A stretch of 64,000 nucleotides of DNA from Phyllosticta citribraziliensis (taxonomy: Eukaryota), in contig NW_027117353.1 of the NCBI RefSeq assembly GCF_038025025.1, forward strand, positions 434,001-498,000, read 5' to 3'. The notes under the pieces were generated by a model. It saw nothing but the letters and a program-made list of their open reading frames with translations. It ran no database searches and was not told where the DNA came from. Position numbers and translations under genes: made by a program. Of the stretch, positions 11,762 through 23,787 are shown one piece after another; the stretch's first letter is position 1, and every line of letters begins with the position of its first letter.

Positions 11762-13942
11762 TTACAAACCACGCTGGCGGTAAAACATGGCCAAGACTTC
11801 GTCCACGACGGCCTTGATCTGCGCCGAGGGAAGCTTCTCCTTGCGGTCGAATGACAGGAGGCCGTTCGTCTCCTGCTCAATGTCGGCACTGTCGCTCGCG
11901 TTAGCCGTAGTCAAGGCGGAGCGTCTGAATGATACTCACAGCTGCGTGTAGACGAAACCGCTGCACTGGCCGTTTTGCACAACGGCCTTCATCAGGCGCT
12001 CGATCCTCTGGAGCAAGTCTTGGGGATCGCTCGCCGTCGTGTAGCCCCACTCGCGCTCCGCACCATCGGCGGCGGCAGGCGCAATGTTGACGCCGCCAAA
12101 CTCGGTGTTCAAGACGACAGCGCCCGGCTTGTGTGCGGAGCCGGGGTCGATGCCAGGGATCGGCTCGACGAACAGGCCTCGGCCGGCCTTGGGGCTGAGG
12201 ATGCCTTCGAGCGATGCGCACGTCTCGGCCAAGGCTGGGGCGTCGCTGTAGTCGTGGAAGGTGGTGAGGTCGGTCAGCACGTGCTGCCAGCCGCAGTTGT
12301 CGTTGATGGGCCTGGTTGGGTCGAGAGTCCTGGACACTGTTAGTATCTCATTTTCCTGTGCAAGCAATTCTACTCACTTGGTCAAGTAGTAAAGGGCGCG
12401 AATGTGGTTGCGCTGGTCGACATTGTCGTGGAGAGAGGGGTACGCCCAGCTCTCGTTGACAGGCGTCCAGGTGATGATGGATGGGTGGTTAATGTCCCGC
12501 TTAACCGCCTCAGTCCACTCTTGGTTGAATCTTTCGATGTAGTCGTGGCTGAACTGGTAGGCGTTTGCCATTTCGCCCCACACGAGGAATCCAAGACGGT
12601 CGGCCCAGTACAAAAAGACGGGGTCTTCGACCTTTTGGTGCTTGCGGCATCCGTTGAATCCCATGTTCTTGGCCATCTCAATATCAGCCTTGAGAGCATC
12701 GGAAGACGGAGGCGTCATGAAAGTGTCAGGCCAGTAGCCCTGGTCCAGAAACAGCGCTTGGAAGATTGGCCGGCCATTCAGCTTCAGTGCACCCTTTCCA
12801 GTGGTCCAATCGATCGAGCGCATGCCCGTAGTTGTCTTTGTTTCGTCCACCAGCTGGCTCGTCGAGTCAAAAAGACGCAAAGTCAGGTCGTAGAGCAACG
12901 GGAAGTCTGGGGACCAGAGGGCAACGCCATTGTTCCAGCAACGCTCATTGTCCAGCGGCGCACGCTGGAGGAACTCTGCCGGCAGATTTTCCCTCTGCTC
13001 TTGGGATAGACGCAAGGGAAGCTCGACGCGGGCAAAGTCAGCGTCCTTGGGAAGATCAAGCCTCGAAGTTTTTGAGACTGGGAAGCCACCAAGGCTCGCC
13101 TCAAGCTCCACGCTGTACGCGTGTCCAGCCTTCCTGCCAGACACGGCGATTTGGCCCCGGAGGTTCCCGCTGTCAACATCGTTGGAGTGTAAAAATGTGC
13201 CGTTGCTGCTATCGGCAATCCTGGCGGCCGGAACAGTCTCAAGCCAAACTGACTGCCAGATTCCGCCAGAGGGTGTGTAGAAAATGCTCTCGGGCTTTGC
13301 GCCCCAGTACTGCTTTCCACGCGGCTGGGTCAAGTCGTAGGCCGAGTCGTATACGCGAAGAGTCAACCGGACAGGGCCGCTGGGGTTTGACTCGAGAGCA
13401 TCGCTAATGTCGAGGTCAAAGGGGACGTGGCCGCCGCGGTGCCCACCAACATACTGCCCACCAAGCCAGACTTTTGCATCGTAGTCGACGGCACCAAAGC
13501 GCAGAAGCACCCTATCTCCTCGCTCTTTCTCGTCCGGCGTGCGGATATCTTCAATGCTGCGCTCGTACCACAAGACTTCGTGGTCGCCTCGCTCATTGAT
13601 TCCAGAGGCCGGGCTTTGAAATACAAAGGGGACCTGGATGTGACGCTTTTCATTCTTGGTAGCAACGGCACCGCGGATGTCGAGGTTGCCCTTCAAGAGC
13701 TCTTGTGTGCCAGCAACCATCTTGTACGTGAGGCTCTCACTGTCAGAGGCGGCGACGGGCTTGCCTGAGCCAGTGCCCTTTACCTCGACTTGGGCAGGAA
13801 GACCCTTGTGCTGCCAGCGCTCGGTCAATCCCGCATCGTCATCGTCGAACAAAAAGTCCCATGGGCCGTTGAGAGACTTCCAGCGCAAGGTGCTGCGCTC
13901 AAAGTCGGGGCGGGGATACGTCTGGGACAGCGGAGCGGCCAT
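11762..13942 (-). CDS. Glycoside hydrolase family 2, no signal peptide; exons 13942-12378, 12329-11940, 11888-11762
   Basis: Motifs YPRPDF, LNGPWDF, FGAVDY, QPRGKQ, GIWQSVWLE, LDQGYWP, RKHQKVE, acid/base NESW, nucleophile-like TEFGG and YTQLADIEQETNGL. Introns of 48 and 51 nt with canonical signals. Confidence 0.93.
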
Positions 13943-15243
13943 TGCTTCAAACAATTCAATTGGAAAGATTTCAAAAGTTGATGGGTAATTGGTGAGATGG
14001 ACGAATTGAAAATGGTCCGTTCCAAAGCGAGAGAGTTGAAGAGAGGGAGTAGTATGGAGTACAGCTGTCTTTAAGGTTTCGTCGGCAGCGACGTGGGGCA
14101 GGGCGTGACGTAATCGGGCCCTCTGGGATGGATGCTGCACAACGCGGGGGATTTTGAAACACCGCCATTTCTCTCCAACACAACCCTCACTCCCAGCGCG
14201 TCCGTCTCTTGAACTCAACATCTTCTTCATCTCTATCGGCTCCCAGCTTCAACGCATCATCTCCAGTTCGCTTCGCAGACGATGCGACCAGGTTGCTCTG
14301 CGGAGCCGCTGTCCGTCTTTGATCACCATCTGGACGAACGACTCATGGAGTCTTGACGAATCCCTGACCGCTGCTTGCATCGACGCGTCTTGCTACGGAC
14401 AGAGGTAAAGCCTCGATGCGATGCCTTTGGTCCATGGCCCACCTTGAGAAATATTTCTCTCTCTGCCGTCTGGGCAATTTCCGGCACTACATACGACGTG
14501 TTGTTGCCCCTTGCAGACGCCTTTTAGGGCGGTTGGAACTTTGCTCGGCAGTATTGTAAAAGCGATCGTCCGGTATGAGATGGAGCAGTTGGTCCGGGTC
14601 TTATCTGATCCACGAAGCCAATGATGCATGCAAATTTGGCGTCATGACAGCGCTGTCATGTAGCTCGAAGCAGCTATGTCGTGGGCGCATGCGGCCTTGG
14701 CTGATTTCATTAGCTTTCTGACCGTTCTTCCATTTCGTCCCGAGTCCATGACACAGCAATGCGTCCAGGTACAAACAGCAAGTCATCTTGAAGCTTTGTC
14801 GAGACTTTGGTGAAGGCGCACAATTTACCACCTCGTCATTGGAGCCATTTGCGTCAATGGACACTCCTAGAGCACCGAATTTCAAGCCGAGGAAGCTCAC
14901 GTGCAGAGAAGCATTTCGAGCCGACCATTTTGTCCTTCTCAACATACACGAGCTCCAGGTAGGCGCCTCACGACGCACAGGACCGAAGCCACGGACGGTC
15001 GTACAAATAGGCGAGCGGATGTAGACCCACCAAGATCGTTTCAAACGAACCCTCGGAACGCGATTCACCAATGCTGCCCCAGAAGCATTGTGTTACAGAA
15101 TGTTCGCTTCGCTATATACATCTGTTGCTCCAAACATCGTTCTTCAAGTTCGCGTCGATCACACGCACCATTCTTGGCAGGAGTATATCTAGTTGACAGT
15201 TTCGCAATGCAGCACATCGTACGCGCTTAAATTCTTTCAAATC

Positions 15244-16567
15244 ATGGGCCTGCGAATTCTCTCTCTCCTACTTTTATTTGTGGCCCTGGCTTGGCCGGTC
15301 GTTTCCGAGCAACTCGCATTTCCAGGGGCAGAAGGTTTTGGGCGATATGCCACAGGTGGAAGAGATGGAAGTGTCTACGTCGTCATGAACCTGGACGACA
15401 GCGGCAAGGGCTCCCTGAGAGATGCTGTGTCTGAATCAGACCGCATCATCGTCTTTGCCGTCGGCGGCACCATCAACATTACCGATCGCATGGTGGTCAG
15501 CAAAAGGGTATCGATTCTAGGACAGACTGCTCCGGGTGATGGAAGTAAGCAGATTAAATCAGCTCTCGCCACGAAGATTCTAACATGTCAAAGTTGCCAC
15601 CTACGGTAATGGCTGGTCTTTTTCCAACGCCAACGACGCGATTGTACGCTACATTCGCATCCGCATGGGCAAGGGTGGAGACAAGGGCAAAGACGCCATC
15701 ACCATTGCTGACGGAGAAAACATGATCTTTGACCACATCTCCGTCTCTTGGGGCCGCGACGAGACCTTTTCAATCAACGGAGAGGTATCCAACATTACCA
15801 TCCAAAACAGCATCATTGGCCAAGGCCTGGAAACCCACTCTTGCGGCGGTCTCATGCAGAGCGAAGGGGGCGTCTCGCTCCTCCGGAATCTTTACATCGA
15901 CAACAAGACGCGCAATCCCAAGGTCAAGGGTGTCAACGACTTTACCAACAATGTCGTTTACAACTGGGGCTCAGGTGGGGGCTACATCGCTGGAGGATCC
16001 GATGGAAAGTCATATGTCAATGTCGTAGGCAACTACTTCATTTCGGGCCCCAGCACCTCGAAGACCGCTTTTACGCGAGGAAACGACAACTTCTACGCAT
16101 ATGTGGAGGGAAACTTTTATGACTCTGACAAGGATGGGGAACTCAATGGGTCAGAGCTCGGCGTCGCATCTTCCAACTATGGCGGTATGAATCTCGTCGA
16201 GACCAAGTACGACTACCCGGCTCCGTCCACCATCATGAATGCTACCGCCGCTGTCGACTATGTCGCCAACCATGCCGGAGCGAGCCTGGTGCGCGATTCC
16301 GTCGATGCATACCTTGTCAGCGAGCTCAACTCTTGGGGCAAGGAGGGAGACCTCATATCAGACGAGACGGCAAGCCCCGTCAACGGGCCAGGCTACCTCA
16401 ACCCTGGGACGAAGCGCACCGACACTGATGGTGACGGTATTCCGGATGAGGCTGAGGAGAAGCTGGGCACGGACTCGTCCACGGACGACAGCATGAAAGA
16501 CGTCGAAGGCAAAGGCTACACCAACGTGGAAACCTGGGCCAACTCGCTAGTTCCATCCAGCTACTAA
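15244..16567 (+). CDS. plyC: Secreted pectate lyase, PL1 (PlyC-like); exons 15244-15544, 15594-16567
   Basis: Signal peptide, AFPGAEGFG...GGR, GSLRDAVS, GQTAPGDG, DHISVSWGRDE, RNPKVKG, NNVVYNW and a C-terminal DTDGDGIPD repeat. 49-nt intron GTAAGC..CTAAC..AAG. Confidence 0.93.
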
Positions 16568-16888
16568 TTTGCCAATTCGAGGAGTTGCTGCGGATCGGCA
16601 GAGCTATACATAACCCGTCGTCCCATGCAAAAGCCCCCAAATTAGATGTAGCCCCCAAAGTGGGTAGGTGATAGGCGAGTGACTGCACTCCCACGTGGAA
16701 TTTTGCATCATGCATCCATTGTGGCAGGGTTTCCTTGTCTTGTCTATAGAAAAGGACGATTTCCATTACTCGACAAACTCCAATTTTCAGAGCGCTCTCA
16801 ACAGTTGTAGAGGTTTCGAGTTGACGGGAGCTACCGCACGGTCCAGGTCTCCACTAATCACCGATCAAGTATATTGACTTGCTTGACC

Positions 16889-19627
16889 ATGGCGCCGGTA
16901 CGTGGTGAACAAGATACGGCGATGCGGCTTGCTGACTTGCTTGCAGTCGAATCCGTTGCCACGACTATTCGGGGGTCGCTCACCGTCAGAACCAGATATC
17001 GAGGCCGCAAATTTAGCCTACGACAGCGAGACCAAGCCTTTGTCAGAAGTGGACCTTCACGACGTGGATGAAAAGAAGCAGGTTGAACAAGAGAGCAAAC
17101 ACAAGTGGCAATGGATGCACCTGCATGGCGAGAAAAAGGCCAAACTCACCCACAGAGATGCGTTTGGGAGAATCGTCAAGATTGACGAGGATGACGACCG
17201 AGAGTACCGCATCAGGCCTGATGATGGAAAGCTGGAGCTCATGGAGGTAAGTCACCGCCAAGAGTATATTCTGTTTCCTTTACTGAGTACTCGAACTTAG
17301 GTGCAAAGCTTTGGCGACGTCGGAAGGGATCGTGTCCCCTGGAACCGGATAGGAAAGCCCAAGAACAAGACGCCCGCGCTCATTCGACTTTCCAACTGGA
17401 CGTTTTCTTCCGTCCGGAAAACCATGCTTCAAGACTACTATTCTCCAATTTCACGCACGACGTGGGTGCAAAAATACCAGCGGGCGCTGATTGTCGCGCT
17501 CAAGTGGCTTCCCTCTTGCATCTTGATGATGTTCATGGTAAGTGGCCCCGCAGAACGTCACTGGCACCGTGCTGACTTTTCCAGCTTCTGATACCGCAGA
17601 ATCTCGAAGGCGAAGAGAGGAACAAGGGATTTTATGACCCCATCAGATATCGGGACTGGGGATACACCAAGGTCGCGCGGAATCCCGCCGAGAATCGACC
17701 CAGTCGGTCACATCAAGAGCACGAAGACGACGAAAGCGCGACGCTTTTGCAAGAGCAGAGTCTCCAGCCTTCGCGGCCGTGTCTGGATCACAGGAGGATA
17801 CCCAGTTGGACGAGCGCCGTCAGCGACTCTGATTCATTGATGGATGCCAGATACGACGATATGCCAGGCCGCCATTTTCGCCCCCGATACTTGTGCTTTT
17901 TGACCCCCGAGGGCGGCAGCACAACACGACTAGTGTCCGACTGGGTGAGGGAGCAGGACAATGTCACCAACCCCGAGTACGTCTTCGTGTCGTACACGCG
18001 AAAGCAGTTCACCGTTGCCACGGAAGACGAGTTGAAGAGCTGGAGCATCCCAGAGGAAGAAAGGCGCCTCCGCACGCGTCTGGGGCCAGAGCACAGGCAA
18101 TTGCTCAAGGAATATGGCGCCAAATCTGCTCGGGCGGCCGGCGTGCCTGCATTCTGGCTGGACTTTGAGTGTCTGGGATGCTCGCACTCGAGCGTCGTCA
18201 CCGACAACGACGACGTCTGGCGCATCTGCGATATTGTCCGCGCCGCGCACTCGATGATCATCGCGCTGGGTCCGTCCTTCAGCAACCCGGAGGAGCCGTT
18301 CTCCGCCGCCGCAAAGGACTACTGGTTCCACGAATGGGGGACGAGGCTGTGGACGCTCCCGGAGATCCTGCTCTGCCCGCCCGAGCACCGCATCGCCATC
18401 TACACGGCAGGCGGACCGCAGACGCCCGAGCAGCTGGCCAAGCGCAACTTTGCGTCGCGGGCGTGGTCGGACGCGAAGACGGTGCGGCAGCTGATCGACC
18501 ACTACGAGGGCTCGATCCACCTGACGCCGCTGGAGCTGGTCAGCATCGCGCTCGAGTGCTTCGAGACGCGCACCACGGAGCAGCGCAGCGGCGGCGACAT
18601 GGCGTACGCGCTGATGGGGCTGCTGCGGCGGCGGCCGCGGGTCGACCGCAGCGACTCGAGCTTCGAGGCGTTTGCGCGCCTGTCGCTGGCCAACGACAGC
18701 GACGAGCTGCTGGAGCGCCTCATCTGCATGCTGCCCGCGGCCACGCACGACGGCGCGCACGCGGCCCAGTGGCATCACGTCCGCGACGCGTGGGGCGTGC
18801 GGCTGTGGGACATTGAGCCGCTCACGCAGGTGGCGGGCATCGTCGAAAAAGACAAGGTGCTGCTCGACGGGGCATACGGCGCCTCCATCACCTGGAAGAG
18901 CATGAAGCCGCACGCCTACATCGTCAAGCAAACGCTCATGCGCAAAGTCATGAAAGTGCTCCTCCGCGGGAGCCCAGCGTACCTCGTCCTCTCGCTCCTG
19001 TGGGTCGCCAACCTCTCCATCGCGTACCGCGACGAGCGCAAGTACGTGTCGCACGCCTTCGTCGCGTTCCTGTTCGCGCTCAGCCTGTCGTTCCTCGTGC
19101 CGGCCGTGCTGGTCGCGCTGTGCGGGCCCTGGATGCTGCGCAAGGTGTACCGCGGCAAGTTCTGGTCGACGCAGGCGTCGTTCATCGGGGTCGAGGGCAT
19201 CCCGGCCGACATTGGCGAGTGCGAGACGCTGCTCTTTGGATACAACCACGGCCGCCTGCAGTGGAGCGCCGCGGGTAGCGTGCACTCGCGGCACCACCTG
19301 CGCCATGGGGAGTGCGTCCCTGACGCGCCCAACCCCCACCTTACCTCTACCCCTAACCCCAACCACACCCGCGTCTTCACGCTCATCGACACCTTCAACA
19401 TGACGGCCACGGCCTTCACCGCCGCGCGGCCCCCCTCGGCCGTCGTCGTCTGCGGCCGCGAGGGCGGCATGCTGCGCGGCGTGCTGTGCTCGTACGACTG
19501 GCGCTCGCAGACGTTCTGCCGCGAGACGGTCGTCCGCGTGCGCACGCTGGCGCTGGACCGCTTGTTGCGTGTGGATCGGTTTCGTTTTGCGCTGGAGCAT
19601 CCCGAGGCGTGTGGGGGGACGCGGTGA
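16889..19627 (+). CDS. Membrane protein (about 862 aa) with a HET(PF06985)-like domain; exons 16889-16897, 16947-17246, 17301-17537, 17585-19627
   Basis: Three canonical phase-0 introns join four open frames. HET-like motifs FVSYT, AFWLDFECL, RICDIVRAAHSMIIAL and WGTRLWTLPEILL. Hydrophobic segments near 17490-17595 and 18955-19140. Confidence 0.8.
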
Positions 19628-19689
19628 TGGTTGTGATGATGGGGGAGGGGGGAGAGGGTGGCGTTTGGTTTGAATTTTCTTTTTTCTTT

Positions 19690-19711
19690 GGGGGGGGGGG
19701 GGGGGGGGGGG
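19690..19711. repeat. Poly-G tract (22 nt) just downstream of the HET-like gene
   Basis: Directly visible in the sequence. Confidence 0.9.
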
Positions 19712-20863
19712 AGGGAAGCGGAAGGCGTAAGGGCAAGGGCGTTAGAGATGTACAACAGCACGACTGTAAGCACATTTGTTGTTAGACGACATACACCATG
19801 ACAGAAGAAGCACAGATGGAAGAAAAGCACTGTCTCACTTCGACTCGATTCAAAATTCCCTCCCTCTCAACGCCCAACGTGACTCAACTCGCCTGCGTCA
19901 TCGTCGTCGTCGTCGTCGTCGTCATCGTCATCAATCCGTCAAGCAAGCGAACGAACGAGCAGACGTATCAAAAAGACAACAAGAAGTAGAAAAGGCAACG
20001 AGTCCCCTGACCCAGCCTGACCCCTTTGCATGCTATGCGGCCGTCGTTCGTGTTATCATGCCTTCCATCCATCCATCCATCCGCCCATCCATCCGCCCCT
20101 TTAAGCATGAACGAAAGAAAGAAAGAAAGAAAGAAGCGTCCAACAATTCAGACAGCACAGTGTGTGTATTAATCGATTGGTCGGCCTGAGATGAGAAGAG
20201 CTGCATATTCCGATTCCGATTCTCGCTTTCGCTCTCGCCACAGCAGCGACAGCGTCAGCGTCAATGTTGCGTTGGTTGTTTTGTTGTGTCATGAGGGCGC
20301 TGCCTGCCGTCCTGTCTTCGGCTCCTCGCTCTTTCTCTCTCTCTCTCTCTACCCGCCCTTTCATCTTTTCGAGGGAGTCGTGTCTCTCAGCAGCGGCGGC
20401 GGCGGCGGCAGAGGCGTCGAAAGAGAGAAAGATGGAAAGAAGAAGGAAGAAGGAAGAGAGAAAGGTAGCAGCCCCCTCGTCTCTCTCGACGAGTGCGTAC
20501 GGTGTGTCATCATTTGCCGCTCATCCGATCCCATCTCACCTCACCTCATCAGTCAAGAGCAAAAACAGGGCAGGCGGAGGGCAGGCGGAGGGGAGGAGGA
20601 GGGGAGGAGGAGGAGCAGAGCAGCAAGAGCACACCAATGCAGTCCGTGGCGGGAGAATCGACTCGACTCGACTCCGCAGAAGCAAAGCCAAACCCAAAAC
20701 CCAAAACCCAAACCGCAGAGAAACGGGAGACGTGAAAGGCACAAGTAGGGACCCACCCACCAATCAACCAAAATCAACCATGCACGAGACCAAAAAAGGA
20801 AAGAAAAAAAAAAAAAAAAAGGGAAAGGGAAAGGGAAGAATAGAATTACTTCGACATTAAATG

Positions 20864-20905
20864 CCACCACCACCACCACCACCACCACCACCACCACCAC
20901 CACCA
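20864..20905. repeat. (CCA)14 microsatellite
   Basis: Directly visible in the sequence. Confidence 0.95.
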
Positions 20906-21420
20906 TCACCTTACTTACTTGTCTGTCTGCCTACCTGCCCTACTGCCTCTCTCCATTTTAGCCAGGGGAATACCTAAACAAACGCTCAATCTCTCTCTCT
21001 CTCGCGCGCGCGCGCTGCAAAGACGAGGCTCGAATAATCAAACACAAAAGACGCACGCTTGCTTGCTGACTTGCTCATATTTTGCTTTCTTTCCATTCCA
21101 TTCCATTCCATCCATCCATCCATCTTTTCTTTCTCGCTCACGTCTTTTTCCCCGTGTCGTCGCCGCCGCCCGTCGTACCTTCACGGAAAGGCAAAGGACG
21201 AAAAAAAAAAAAAAATAGCCAAAAAAAAAAAAAAGACGACACCCATCCAAATCAAAGCACAAAAATCCAATCCAATCCCCAGAGCAGAGAAATAAAAAAG
21301 GCACGAGGGTGGGAGGGGAGGGGCTAGCTTGGGCAAAAACGGGGGGGAAAAGCTGTCTGTCTATTGTGTACAAAGAAAGAACCTTAGCGCACATCTCGTG
21401 AGTAGAAGAAGCAAAGCAGA

Positions 21421-21463
21421 GGTAAGGTAGGTAGGTAGGTAGGTAGGTAGGTAGGTAGGTAGG
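21421..21463. repeat. (GGTA/TAGG)n tetranucleotide microsatellite; a similar tract lies at about 26573-26602
   Basis: Directly visible in the sequence. Confidence 0.9.
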
Positions 21464-21888
21464 CGTTGTTAAAGCGAGAGAGGAAAAGAGAGAGAAGAGA
21501 CCCGAGCCGCCGCTGTCCGTCCGTCTATGCCGAATTTTTGATACAACGCCACTGCCCATAACACGCCAGCCACGGAAAAGCAAGCCGGAAAACGGAAGAC
21601 CCAACAACAAAGACGAGACGAAAGAGAGAGAGAGAGAGAAAGAAAAAAAAAGGGACATGTCCGTAATACGCGTCGTCGTCGTTGCCGTTGCCGTTGCCGT
21701 TTGACGACGGGACGGCCGGGCGGCGAGCGGCGAGAGCGAAGCGAGTTGGAGCGCCACGTGACCAGTGCTTTTCTGCAATTACGATGAACGTGGAACGTTC
21801 CCACTGGTGGTGGCGGCGGCGCGGCGGCCCTGGATTGCTGGCTAGCGCGGCGCGTGCGTGCGTGCAATAACAATGTATGTGGCCATGA

Positions 21889-23787
21889 TCAAAACATTCC
21901 ATCGCCCATGCCCGCCAGACCCGCGCCAGCAACGTTGACATTCATGCCTTGCACCCCTTGCAGGCCGGCAAGGTTCATGGCGTTGACCCTGAGCTCCGGG
22001 TTGCAGGGCGGCGAGTGTGCGCGGTGGTACTTGAGGCCGTTGAGGTTCTTGTAGCGCTTGCCGCACGTCTCGCAGCGGTATGGCTTCTCCTTCTCCATGC
22101 CGACAGTGCCAGGATACGGCACGGAGGTCTCCGGATCGACAATCGAAAAGGTGCCATCGGCGTTTTCTTTGAGCTGTTGGTTCTGGTGTCCGTGCTGCAC
22201 GAAGAGAAGAGAATTGGTCAGCGCTCAAAGCACATGCATATGCAGCGGAGATCCACCCATATTTTTCTGTGTCATGCAAACTCACCTGCTTGTGGTACTT
22301 GAGACCGTTCTGGTTCTTGTAGGCCTTTTCGCAGCCAATGACGGGGCACTTGAACGGCTTGTTCTCCTCTGGCGGAAAGAGGCCGCCGCCCATGGCGAGA
22401 AGGCGTTGGGCGTGCAGCTTTGCAATCTCGCTGTCGGGGCCCAGCTTGCCCTGTCGCAGGGCAAACTGCAACTGCTGTGGCGTCAGACCTCCACCCTGCT
22501 TGCTGAACAACCGCTTGGCCGGTTGGTCGATCGTTCCGTCGAGTCCGTCGAAACCGCCACCTAGGCCCATGCCAAGATCCATGTTGCCCTGCATCATGGA
22601 TCCTCCCATCGGCATGGGCAAACCGCCGAAAAAGTTGCCGAGGTCCTGCTCAAACTCTCCAGGAGTTCCAGGGACCGACGAGTCTGGCGTCGTGTTCCTG
22701 TTGGCACCGCCCAGGGTCGGCGTGTTGACGGACGACACGGTGGGGTTGTTTTGGAGGGAAAAGTTTGGATTGCTCGTGTTTGGCGTCGTGGGTGTCGATG
22801 TCCTGAAGCCAGAGTTTTGGACCGTGTTGGCGAGGTTGATGTTGAGCTGGGGCGTCCGGTCATTGTTTTGACCAAACTGTTGTTGCGAGTTGAACTGCTG
22901 CTGGGAACCTCCCAGCGGGGTCTGCGGGTCATCCATTTCCATGTCCTCGAGCGTGTCCATGTCCTGCGCGGACGACAGCTGGCTCTGCTTGTAACCATTG
23001 TTGAGGTTGGAGTTGAAGGAATGGTTTTGGAACTGCTGCGGGCGGTACGTTTGCTGCATGGACTGCGAATTGTCGGTCTGCTGTGGATTTATACTCCCCG
23101 AGGTCGGGCCCCGGTCGTTGTTGAAACCCTGGCCAGACAGCGACGAGCGCTGGACGGCCGGAGGGTTCGCGTGGCATTCTTCAAAATGTTGGAGGAGTTC
23201 GTGCAACGAGTCGAGCGTCAAGCCACAGCAATTAAAGTCCTTCATGAAATTGGCTTCCATCTTGGGCAGGTACGAAGACGAGTGGAAGGACGGCGATCTT
23301 CCAAAGGTATAGGGGGATGTGCCGGCCATGATTACACTGCGCATTGATGGTCAGCAACGTGGAAAGGTCGACGACATGACGTCGGTGGTGAGGAATTGGG
23401 CAATTGTGACGACGCCGGGCGCCGAGTCAGTAGGAATGAAGCAGGACAGACTTACTCGTCTCTGATCCAGCTGCCAACCGAAACTCCTCCCCAGCTCATG
23501 CCGTTCAGCAGGCTTCCCGCGGTTGTGCTTTCTCGCCTGGGGCGGTCCTTGAAGGAGATGGGCTTTGCGCCCATGCCGTAGTAGGAGCCGACATGACTCG
23601 TCGAGTCCCGTCTGCCGCCAATGCTCAAGCGGGCTTCGTTGCCGCTCCGCGGTGCCGAAGTCGGTGTGGCGATTGGCTGCGCGCCCGCGCCTTGCAAGGC
23701 GGCGCTCAGGGTCGAGGTCTGGTTTCGCGGGCTCGAGGAGCTCTGGCGAGAGAGGAAGATGTCGACCGGGGCGCCCGGTGCGGCCAT
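21889..23787 (-). CDS. SFP1: Split C2H2 zinc-finger transcription factor Sfp1; exons 23787-23456, 23336-22286, 22194-21889
   Basis: Motifs [75 protein letters not shown] and [24 protein letters not shown]. Two canonical introns. Confidence 0.95.

Noticed and set aside
13943..14230. 96-codon N-terminal extension of the GH2 ORF
   Set aside because: Not protein-like; the family N-terminus (YPRPDF) begins just after ATG 13942.
13943..15243. GaaR-type pectin-response element (TCCNCCAAT) between GH2 and PL1
   Set aside because: Only a near-match (TTCACCAAT at about 15064); no exact site seen.
17930..19600. 556-aa minus-strand ORF
   Set aside because: Antisense shadow of the HET-like gene caused by high GC3.
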